Shown here: positions 56,531 to 64,000 of the stretch, in pieces
Layout: each line of letters opens with the position of its first letter
Numbering within the stretch: the first letter of the stretch is position 1
Assembly: GCA_036351195.1 (NCBI GenBank)
Contig: JAZBOQ010000114.1
Span: 11,832 to 75,831 of the forward strand
Direction: 5' to 3'
Source: Thermoanaerobaculales bacterium
GTDB lineage: Bacteria; Acidobacteriota; Thermoanaerobaculia; Thermoanaerobaculales; Sulfomarinibacteraceae
DNA length: 64,000 nt
Notes under the pieces: model-generated
Seen by the model: the letters and a program-made list of their open reading frames with translations, nothing else
Database searches by the model: none
What the model was told of the DNA's origin: nothing
Program-made: the position numbers and the translations under genes

Positions 56531-59494
56531 ATGAGTCTTTCGATCCTGCTTTGGGGCATCCCGCAGGCGATGCGCGTCGCTGCGCGCATCTATCCGGAGT
56601 ACGCGGCTCGATTGAAGGAACGGGACCTCGTTGCACAGATCAAGATGCGGGACGAGCCCGATGTAGGCCGGTGGATCCAGCTCGACAAGGGGAAAATCAC
56701 CACCGGTGGAGGGATCCACAGCAATCCCGACGTCACCATCGCCTTCAAGAACCGAGCGCTCGCCAAGAGCTTCCTCACGCCGCCGTTCGACCAACTCGAG
56801 CGCATCGACGCGGCCAAGAACTTCAAACTCCTCCTCGAGGGCCCCGACGACCTTTCGGTCTGGTTCCTGCAGACGCTCGGTCAGCTCGAATCGGTCTATT
56901 GGAAGAGCGGAACCGACATGGGCAACGGTGTCACGCGCTACACCAACGGTACCAACGGCGGCCCCCTCTTCGTCTACGTCAAGGACGGCAAGATCCTCCG
57001 TACGACGCCGGTGGATCTGGAGGACGAGGACGGTGGGCAATGGACGATCGAGGCCCGGGGCAAGAAATTCTCGCCCCCGCGGCGGATGACACTCGCCGCT
57101 CACGGTGCGTGTCAGAAATCCATGGTGTACTCCAAGGACCGCCTGCTCTACCCGATGAAGCGCGTCGACTTCGACCCCGACGGCGACCGCAATCCGCAGA
57201 ACCGCGGCATCTCCGAGTTCGAGCGCATCAGCTGGGAGGAAGCCACCGACATCGTCGCGTCGGAGATCAAGCGGGCCAGGGCCGTCGGACCGGGCGCTGT
57301 GGCTGTGGACCACGGCTCGCACCACCAGTGGGGCAACCTCGGCCACTATCTGTGCGCCTTCAACCGCTTCTGGAACCTGATCGGCGTCACCAAGCTGATG
57401 CACAGCCCGGACAGCTGGGAGGGCTGGTTCTGGGGGGCCATGCACCACTGGGGCAACAGCGCGCGTCTCGGCTGCCCGGAGTTCTACGGCACGGTCGAGG
57501 ACTGCCTCAAGGAAGCCGAAATGATCGTCTTCTGGTCGTCGGATCCGGACACGACCTACGGCTTCGAGGGCGCGCAACGACGCGAGTGGGCCCGCGAGCT
57601 TGGGATCAAGATGGTCCACATCGACCCGTATCTCAACCACACCGCCGCCCACCTCGGCGGCAAGTGGATCGCCCCGAAACCCCAGACCGACGCCGCCCTC
57701 GCCATGGCCATCTGCCACGTCTGGATCACCGAGGATCTCTACGACACGAGCTTCGTGGCCGACAGGACCACAGGCTTCGACGAGTGGAAGGCCTACATCC
57801 TGGGCGAGTCCGACGGCGATGCGAAAACACCCGAGTGGCAGGAGCCCGAGACCGGCGTGCCGGCCCGGGACGTCCGCGCCCTGGCGCGCGAGTGGGGCAC
57901 CAGGAAAACCTACCTCGGCGCGGGCAGCTGGGGCGCCGGAGTCGGTGGCGCCTGCCGCGGACCGACAGGCATGCAGTGGGCCCGGATGATGGCCATCCTC
58001 GGCGCCATGCAGGGCCACGGCCGCCCGGGCTACAACTTCGGCAACCTCCAGTTCGGCGCCCCGGTGGACCACAACTTCTACTTCCCCGGGTACGCGGAAG
58101 GCGGGTTTTCGGGCGACCTGGCGTTCAGCGCCAACTCGGCGAACAACTACCAGCGCATGCCGCACATCGTCACCATGGGCACCGTTCGCCAGAGCATCCC
58201 GCGGATGTGGTTCCCCGAGGCGATCACCCAGGGCAAGAGCTTCGGCTACATCACCGACGTCACGACGACGGGCGGACAGTTCTTCCCCTTCGGCTACCCT
58301 TCGCCCGGCCACGTTCCGGTGGAGATGCTCTACAAGTACGGCAGCCAGCTCTTCGGAACCATGGTGGGCGGGAACCGGTGGGCCAAGGCCTACCAGCACC
58401 CGAGCCTCAAGTTCATCGTCAACCAGTCGATCTGGAACGAGGGCGAAACCCCCTTCTCGGACGTCATCCTTCCGGCGTGCACGGTCTTCGAGAAATGGGA
58501 CATCGGTGAGACCTTCAACTGCGGTCCCGGCTACGTCCACCACTTCTACACCATGAACAACCACCGCATCATCACCATGCAGCACAAGTGCATCGAACCC
58601 CTCGGCGAATCCAAGTCCGACTACGACATCTTCGCCGCCGTGTCGGAGAAGCTCGGCCTCGGCGCCGTCTACACCGAGGGCGGGACCTCCGAGCTTGCCT
58701 GGGTCAAGCGGGTCTTCGACTCCTCCGACATGGCAGACCACATCAGCTGGCGTCAGTTCCTCAAGAAAGGCTACTGGGTCGTGCCGGCCGAGAACGAAAA
58801 CTCACGCGTCCCCCTCGCCAACAACTGGTACTACGAGGGCAGGAAGAAGGACACCCCGGATCCCTACCCGCTGCCGTCGGACTACTCCGGAAACTACCTC
58901 GAAGGTCTGCCGACGCCGTCGGGCAAGTTCGAGTTCATCGCGACGGGTCTCGAGAAGATCGAGGATCCCGACCGACCACCTCTGTGCGAATACATGCCGA
59001 CGTACGAGGATCCGGCGCGCAACCCGGAGCTCGCCGACTATCCCCTGAAACTGCAGACAGGCCACACCCGCTACGCCTACCACGTCATGGGCGACAACAC
59101 CGACGGCAGCCTCGCCGACATCCGCGAGCACCGCGTCTTCAAGGACGGCCACTACTACCTCGTGGCCAGAATGAACCCGCAGGACGCCCAGGCGCGCGGC
59201 ATCGAGGACGACGACCTGATCAGGCTGTGGAATCAGCGGGGATCAGTGGTCTGCGCCGCCCAGGTCACGGGGAGGCTCCAGCCGGGAGTCGTTGCCGCCT
59301 ACTCGGGTTCGGCCCAGTACCGGCCGACCGGCGAACCGGGTCGTTCCACCGATCTCGGCGGCTGCGTCAACATGCTCAACACCAAGGAACCGATCACCAA
59401 GAAGGGTCACGGAATGAAACCCAACTCGGTCCTCATCGAGGTCGAGAAATGGACCGGCGCCGATGATTGGCAGCCGACGGCGGAGACAGTCTGA
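56531..59494 (+). CDS. Molybdopterin oxidoreductase, pyrogallol hydroxytransferase large-subunit-like, with N-terminal SCP2-like extension
   Basis: GGGGAGGAG Shine-Dalgarno. YTNGTNGGPLFVYVKDGKIL, PDSWEGWFWGAMHHWG, FYFPGYAEGG and ILPACTVFEKWDI closely recall the Pelobacter AthL sequence. No Cys-rich FeS motif and no Tat signal. The first ~110 aa look SCP2-like. Confidence 0.85.
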   Translation: MSLSILLWGIPQAMRVAARIYPEYAARLKERDLVAQIKMRDEPDVGRWIQLDKGKITTGGGIHSNPDVTIAFKNRALAKSFLTPPFDQLERIDAAKNFKLLLEGPDDLSVWFLQTLGQLESVYWKSGTDMGNGVTRYTNGTNGGPLFVYVKDGKILRTTPVDLEDEDGGQWTIEARGKKFSPPRRMTLAAHGACQKSMVYSKDRLLYPMKRVDFDPDGDRNPQNRGISEFERISWEEATDIVASEIKRARAVGPGAVAVDHGSHHQWGNLGHYLCAFNRFWNLIGVTKLMHSPDSWEGWFWGAMHHWGNSARLGCPEFYGTVEDCLKEAEMIVFWSSDPDTTYGFEGAQRREWARELGIKMVHIDPYLNHTAAHLGGKWIAPKPQTDAALAMAICHVWITEDLYDTSFVADRTTGFDEWKAYILGESDGDAKTPEWQEPETGVPARDVRALAREWGTRKTYLGAGSWGAGVGGACRGPTGMQWARMMAILGAMQGHGRPGYNFGNLQFGAPVDHNFYFPGYAEGGFSGDLAFSANSANNYQRMPHIVTMGTVRQSIPRMWFPEAITQGKSFGYITDVTTTGGQFFPFGYPSPGHVPVEMLYKYGSQLFGTMVGGNRWAKAYQHPSLKFIVNQSIWNEGETPFSDVILPACTVFEKWDIGETFNCGPGYVHHFYTMNNHRIITMQHKCIEPLGESKSDYDIFAAVSEKLGLGAVYTEGGTSELAWVKRVFDSSDMADHISWRQFLKKGYWVVPAENENSRVPLANNWYYEGRKKDTPDPYPLPSDYSGNYLEGLPTPSGKFEFIATGLEKIEDPDRPPLCEYMPTYEDPARNPELADYPLKLQTGHTRYAYHVMGDNTDGSLADIREHRVFKDGHYYLVARMNPQDAQARGIEDDDLIRLWNQRGSVVCAAQVTGRLQPGVVAAYSGSAQYRPTGEPGRSTDLGGCVNMLNTKEPITKKGHGMKPNSVLIEVEKWTGADDWQPTAETV

Positions 59495-60348
59495 TGGCCG
59501 AAAAATGGAACCTCATCGTCGATGTTGCGCGCTGTGACAACTGCCGCCTCTGCTTCCTCGCGGTCAAGGACGAGTACGTGGGAAACGACTTTCCCGGCAT
59601 CTCGGCCGCTCAACCTGCCGACCAACAGCACACGTGGCTCGACATCCAACGCAAGGAGCGCGGCGCCTACCCCATCCTCGAGGCGCGCTTCATCCCCGTG
59701 ATGTGCAACCACTGCGATGACGCGCCCTGCATGAAGGCGGCCGAGGGCGGAGCCGTGCGCAAACGCGCCGACGGCATCGTCATCATCGACCCGGACAAGG
59801 CCAAGGGGCAGAAGAAGATCATGCAGGCCTGCCCCTACCACGCGATCTACTGGAACGAAGAAAAGGACATCCCCCAGGCGTGGCCCTTCGACGCGCACCT
59901 GCTCGATGAGGGATGGACCCGGACGCGGGCCGAGCAGGCCTGCCCGATGGACGTCTACCGAACGATCAAGGTCAACGACGAGGAGATGCGGCGGATTCAG
60001 GCCGAGGAGAATCTCGAGGTCCTCAGACCCGAGCTCGGCACCAATCCGCGGGTCTACTACAAGAATCTGCACCGGATCACCGCGTGCTTCGTCGGTGGAA
60101 CCGTTGTCGAGCAGGTGGACGGTGTCGAGGAATGTGCAGCGGGCGCCCAGGTCGTGCTCACCCAGAACGGCCAGGAGGTCGGGCAAGCGACGACGGATCT
60201 CTTCGGTGAGTTCACCATTGACCGGCTCGAGCCACGCAGCGGCAGCTACCGGCTCCAGGTCACCGGCCCGTCGGGCAGCTTCTCGACGGAGTTCGAGCTG
60301 GGTGACGAGAGCCCCTACCTCGGCGTGATGACGCTCTCGGCGGGGTAG
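59494..60348 (+). CDS. 4Fe-4S ferredoxin-type beta subunit (pyrogallol hydroxytransferase small-subunit-like) with C-terminal Ig/carboxypeptidase-regulatory-like domain
   Basis: ATGA overlap with the alpha gene. Cys clusters CDNCRLC, CNHCDDAPC and CPYHAIYW. Confidence 0.85.
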   Translation: MAEKWNLIVDVARCDNCRLCFLAVKDEYVGNDFPGISAAQPADQQHTWLDIQRKERGAYPILEARFIPVMCNHCDDAPCMKAAEGGAVRKRADGIVIIDPDKAKGQKKIMQACPYHAIYWNEEKDIPQAWPFDAHLLDEGWTRTRAEQACPMDVYRTIKVNDEEMRRIQAEENLEVLRPELGTNPRVYYKNLHRITACFVGGTVVEQVDGVEECAAGAQVVLTQNGQEVGQATTDLFGEFTIDRLEPRSGSYRLQVTGPSGSFSTEFELGDESPYLGVMTLSAG

Positions 60349-60356
60349 CACCGGGT

Positions 60357-60920
60357 ATGGCGAACTCGTCCACCAGCGCGAGGCTCACCGGGTCGACCGA
60401 GGAGAGCCTGATTCTCACTCTGCTCGACCTCGCCAATCACCTCACTCGCAACGGTGGGCACATCGCCCGGGAAGAGGGGCTCACCGCTCAACAATGGCTG
60501 CTGCTGCTGCAGATCGCCGGCGATCCGAACTTCCCGATGTTGGGAGAGACGTGCGAGGCGGGGACCCCGGTGCTCGCATCGAACATCGCCACTGCGCGCG
60601 GCGTGTCCCGGCCAACCATCAGCGCGCTGGTGGCCTCCCTCGTGGAGAAGGGGCTGGTCTCCCAGGCCGAGAAGCCCGGCGACCGGCGCCAGAAGGCACT
60701 GCGCGCGACGCCGGCCGGAATGGCCGTCCTGGCTCGGATCGAGCCGGCGCGGCGCCGCGCCAACAAAGCCCTGCTCGCCGAGTTCGAGGCCGAGGAGATC
60801 GAGCTCGTACTGCGGGTCCTCCGGTCCTGCCTCGACGAGCTGTGGTCGCAGCAGCAGCGATTCGGGGCCGGAGCATCGGGCACGGAAACGGAAACGGACG
60901 CGGGCAAAAAGGGAGAGTGA
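60357..60920 (+). CDS. MarR family transcriptional regulator
   Basis: Winged-helix block LTAQQWLLLLQI...IATARGVSRPTISALVASLVEKGLV...DRRQKAL. Confidence 0.8.
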   Translation: MANSSTSARLTGSTEESLILTLLDLANHLTRNGGHIAREEGLTAQQWLLLLQIAGDPNFPMLGETCEAGTPVLASNIATARGVSRPTISALVASLVEKGLVSQAEKPGDRRQKALRATPAGMAVLARIEPARRRANKALLAEFEAEEIELVLRVLRSCLDELWSQQQRFGAGASGTETETDAGKKGE

Positions 60921-60921
60921 C

Positions 60922-61719
60922 ATGCGTCGAACCACGATGATGGTGTTGGTCGGATTATTGGTGGCCCCGGTTCTCGTGCTGGCGGACGGCGGCGGGTTCG
61001 ATGAAGAGCTCTTCGAGATCTTCCTCGAGGCGCGGGTGGGAACCGGTGAGCCGGTGTACTGGTACTCCATCGGAGAGGTCTGGTCCTATCCCGACGGCAA
61101 GCTCCTGGCGATGATGGAAGGCATCGACACCGCCCGGCTCGTGCGCGACGAAACCGATCCGCATACGGCCTACCAGCTCTCGCGCAAGACCTTCGTCTAC
61201 CGCGACCCGGAGACCAACGAGATCTTCCGCGAGGTCGACGGCAAGGAGGCCTCACACATCAAGTACCCCTACCAGTACATCACGTACACGCTCGACGGCG
61301 ACCTGTTGCTGACCTCCGTCGAGCAGGGCAGCGGCGCCCGGCTCCGCACGATGGGCCCGATGAAGACCATGGTTGCCCAGCGCCTTGGTGATGTCGCCCA
61401 GTTCTCGGCGCCGCTCTTCCTCAACTTCGAGACTCCTCGCGGCAAGTACGAGGCCTTCGAGCACTACGATTTCTTCATTCAGCCCGACGGCAGCATGCCA
61501 AACCAGCTCAGCTGGCTGCGCTACGGCGACCTGCCGCCGTTCCTGGGGCCCGGCCGGACGGTCATCCACCTGGTGGGCTGGCGGGTCGACAACTTCGACG
61601 CCCTGCCGGACACCATCAAAGAGTGGATCGAGACCGACGCCAAACTGTGGCGCGAGCCGCCTGAGGACATGGATGAGATCCGCGAGTTGCAGCAGCCGAA
61701 AGACGTGCCCTCCAACTGA
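60922..61719 (+). CDS. DUF1838 family exported protein (second copy)
   Basis: ATG 2 nt after the marR stop. Signal peptide. Homology by eye to 45968..46855 (YW.S.G.V.. / .Y.DP.T.EI blocks). Confidence 0.6.
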   Translation: MRRTTMMVLVGLLVAPVLVLADGGGFDEELFEIFLEARVGTGEPVYWYSIGEVWSYPDGKLLAMMEGIDTARLVRDETDPHTAYQLSRKTFVYRDPETNEIFREVDGKEASHIKYPYQYITYTLDGDLLLTSVEQGSGARLRTMGPMKTMVAQRLGDVAQFSAPLFLNFETPRGKYEAFEHYDFFIQPDGSMPNQLSWLRYGDLPPFLGPGRTVIHLVGWRVDNFDALPDTIKEWIETDAKLWREPPEDMDEIRELQQPKDVPSN

Positions 61720-61756
61720 TTCGGACGTCGACTTCTGACGAGAGAAACCCCCGGTC

Positions 61757-63340
61757 TCAGTCGAGCCCGAGGCTCTTGGGGTTGACCAGGCGGTTCGGAT
61801 CCACCGCGTCCTTGATCGCCTCGAGGAGCTTCCAGGTGGCGGCCTCGCGGCCCTCGCGATACGGGTAGACCTTGCCGATCTGGAGATGCGTCCCGCCGAT
61901 TTCCGTAAAGACCGCGATGATCTCCTGCCGCAGCGTGGTGACCAAGGACTCAGTCTCCGGATTCTGGTCGAACTGTTTGAGCTTGGCGAGGTACCCGGGG
62001 TCGAGAACTCGTTTGTAGTACAGCGTTTGGGGGCCCGGCCAGTAGAAGACCGGTTCGATGACAAAGGCGTTGGTCGACACCGTCGACAGCAGCAGACCGA
62101 TCACGACACCGCAGCGATCCATCGCTTCGGCGTGGGATGCGCGAACAGACTCGATCTTGGCGATTGCTTCAGGTGCATCCCCCAGCGGGACCAGGCCGTG
62201 CACGGGCGCCCAGCGCTCGCCCTCGGGCCCGATGGCGGTGGTCATGGGAAAGAAGCTGTCTCCATAGAGGACCTTGGGCAGCGTGTTCTCCACTTCGTGG
62301 CCGTGAGCCAGGCAGATCTCTTTCAGGGCCCCGAGCTTCTCGTCGACCTCGGCCTCGGTCCGGCCCTCGACGATGTAGTGGGTGGAGTAGCTGTGCTCTT
62401 CGAGGAACGAACGCCCCGCCAGGGCCACCTTCGCCGCCTCCTTGAGTCCCTTCCCGAGGTTCCTGGCCGAGGTCACCACACCCTTGAGAGCCTTCACATC
62501 CTGCGTCAGACTGGTCCGTTTCATCCGCTGGTGCTGGAGCACGGGATCCATCCCGAAGCACATGCTCACCAGTCGGGATCGCGCGACTTCCCCCATTGCC
62601 TCGGCAAAGAGCTGGCGGTCCTTGAACTCGAATGACACGAACCGCGCCGACGGCGGAATCCGCATCAGCCGCAGCGCGACCCGGGTCTTGACGCCCAGCG
62701 CCCCGGTGTCACCCAGGAAGAGCCCCGTGAGGTCCGGGCCATAATGCCGGAAAAAGGGCTTTCCACCCACCGTCGACCACGAACCGGTGCGAACGATGCT
62801 GCCGTCGGCTACAACAACCTCGACACCGACAACGCTCTCGGCGGAGGCTCCGTAGAGTGCCGAACCGTGCAGGATCGCGTTCTGGGACAGGCTACCGCCC
62901 ACCGTGGCCGTTCCCCCCGACGCGGGCCCCCAGAACGGCGACCGGACACCCTGCGGCTTCAGCGCCTGGTGCAGATCCTGCCACGTGCACCCGACCTCGA
63001 CGATGACATACATGTCGTCGGTGTTGATCTCCACCACCTTGTCGAGCCTCCCGGTGTCGATGGACACCGAGTTCGGCCGGTCCGGGAGCAAACCGCCGGT
63101 GTAGGAGGATCCTCCCCCGCGGGCGATGACCGAGAAGTTCGCCCGGGTCGCCGCAGCGACGACCTTGGAGACCTCGTCCGGCGTCCCCGGTCGGACCACC
63201 ACCGACACATGGTCGTCAGCGGTCCGGTAGATGTCTTGCGAGTAGAACTCGCGATCCTCGTCGTCGGTGAGCACGTACTCGGTCCCGACGATCCCGACGA
63301 GGGCGCCGACGAGCTCGGGGTGACTCTGCTGCTCTGCCAT
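61757..63340 (-). CDS. FAD-linked oxidase (PCMH-type FAD-binding, GlcD / vanillyl-alcohol-oxidase-like)
   Basis: VVRPGTPDEVSKVVAAATRANFSVIARGGGSSYTGG FAD-binding block. Start set at the internal MAEQQSH; the ORF extends to 63400. Confidence 0.8.
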   Translation of the reverse strand: MAEQQSHPELVGALVGIVGTEYVLTDDEDREFYSQDIYRTADDHVSVVVRPGTPDEVSKVVAAATRANFSVIARGGGSSYTGGLLPDRPNSVSIDTGRLDKVVEINTDDMYVIVEVGCTWQDLHQALKPQGVRSPFWGPASGGTATVGGSLSQNAILHGSALYGASAESVVGVEVVVADGSIVRTGSWSTVGGKPFFRHYGPDLTGLFLGDTGALGVKTRVALRLMRIPPSARFVSFEFKDRQLFAEAMGEVARSRLVSMCFGMDPVLQHQRMKRTSLTQDVKALKGVVTSARNLGKGLKEAAKVALAGRSFLEEHSYSTHYIVEGRTEAEVDEKLGALKEICLAHGHEVENTLPKVLYGDSFFPMTTAIGPEGERWAPVHGLVPLGDAPEAIAKIESVRASHAEAMDRCGVVIGLLLSTVSTNAFVIEPVFYWPGPQTLYYKRVLDPGYLAKLKQFDQNPETESLVTTLRQEIIAVFTEIGGTHLQIGKVYPYREGREAATWKLLEAIKDAVDPNRLVNPKSLGLD

Positions 63341-63362
63341 GCTGGACCTCGATTCGCCGTCG

Positions 63363-63974
63363 CTAATCGACCGTCTGGAATAGCTCGACCATGAACCCAC
63401 TGGGATCGAGCACCGTCACGCTCTTGTGGTGGCCGAGCGAAGGGCTCGAGTACTCGACCATCGGCGCGAAGGGTTCGATACCAGCGGCTTCCAGCCGGGT
63501 GAGGGTCTCGTCCATGTCACGCACCGGAAAGCTCCACATGGCCATCCCGCGATTGGGCGGACGCCACTCGACCCCGGGGCTCGGCAGGCCGAGACGTCCC
63601 TGGTAGTCGAGAAAGAGCAGGTGGCCGAAGGTAGCGCCGTGGGCGTAGACGATGGAAAAACGAAACTCGGTGCCGTCGGGCACGCCCAACGCACCCTTGC
63701 TGCCGCTGGACTTGAACTGGCGGTCGCTGCGCAGCTCGAGCCCGAGGACACCGACGTAGAACTCGAGGACGGCGTCGGAGTTCTCGATGATGTGCGCCGA
63801 GTAGATGGGGCCGCCGCGGCCCGTCGCCGGATCCACCGGCCCGAGCTGCGGCATCCCGTCGCGGCGCGAGATGGTCACCGCGTGCATGAAGTCGGGAGCG
63901 TTGAAAATGGTTTCTTGAATCCCATAGGTGGTTCCGTCCGGCCGCGGAATCTGATAGCTGGACATGGGCATCAA
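63363..63974 (-). CDS. VOC family protein (extradiol dioxygenase / glyoxalase-like)
   Basis: FMHAVTIS, VLEFYVGVLGLEL and VLDPSGFMVELFQ blocks. Confidence 0.7.
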   Translation of the reverse strand: MMPMSSYQIPRPDGTTYGIQETIFNAPDFMHAVTISRRDGMPQLGPVDPATGRGGPIYSAHIIENSDAVLEFYVGVLGLELRSDRQFKSSGSKGALGVPDGTEFRFSIVYAHGATFGHLLFLDYQGRLGLPSPGVEWRPPNRGMAMWSFPVRDMDETLTRLEAAGIEPFAPMVEYSSPSLGHHKSVTVLDPSGFMVELFQTVD

Positions 63975-64000
63975 CGACTCCCAACCCTTGGCTCGCAGCT

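Overview
GC-rich bacterial chromosomal segment. I cannot assign the lineage from the sequence. The ECF-sigma/Ser-Thr-kinase pairing, the IPTL-CTERM tail and the four-helix-bundle remnant suggest an environmental Acidobacteria-, Gemmatimonadetes- or Myxococcus-like genome, at low confidence. I support about 50 protein-coding genes and found no rRNA, tRNA, CRISPR array, transposase, integrase or recognisable phage or defence module.

Gene content, left to right:
- Hydantoinase B fragment.
- ECF sigma factor plus a TPR Ser/Thr kinase, divergent from a 1287-aa FG-GAP/GEVED/DUF11 surface protein.
- ApbE plus a membrane protein.
- A nitrogen-compound cluster: Tat amine oxidase, two CN-hydrolases, an alpha/beta hydrolase and an orphan solute-binding protein.
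- A secreted-protein island (22.9-34.5 kb) holding a CHASE2 histidine kinase / sigma54 activator / FecR module, a candidate sigma54 promoter, an S1 protease with a decayed IPTL-CTERM tail, and two tandem tail-collar-like proteins with triple HxH motifs.
- An HMG-CoA-lyase-like / LeuCD-like / CoA-transferase operon.
- A second TPR kinase.
- A large catabolic island (44.8-64 kb) with CoA-transferase, amidohydrolase, two MFS transporters, VOC proteins, two DUF1838 proteins, a TonB-dependent receptor, a pyrogallol-hydroxytransferase-like molybdoenzyme (alpha plus FeS beta), MarR and an FAD oxidase.

The least ordinary signals are non-coding:
- A multi-copy family of composite, hairpin-rich intergenic repeats whose stems show compensatory changes.
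- Two MITE-like insertions. One splits a formerly coupled sigma/kinase pair. The other separates a protease from its sorting tail.
- A second hairpin family bracketing a DUF1838 gene.

All domain calls come from motif recognition by eye and need HMM or structure searches to confirm.
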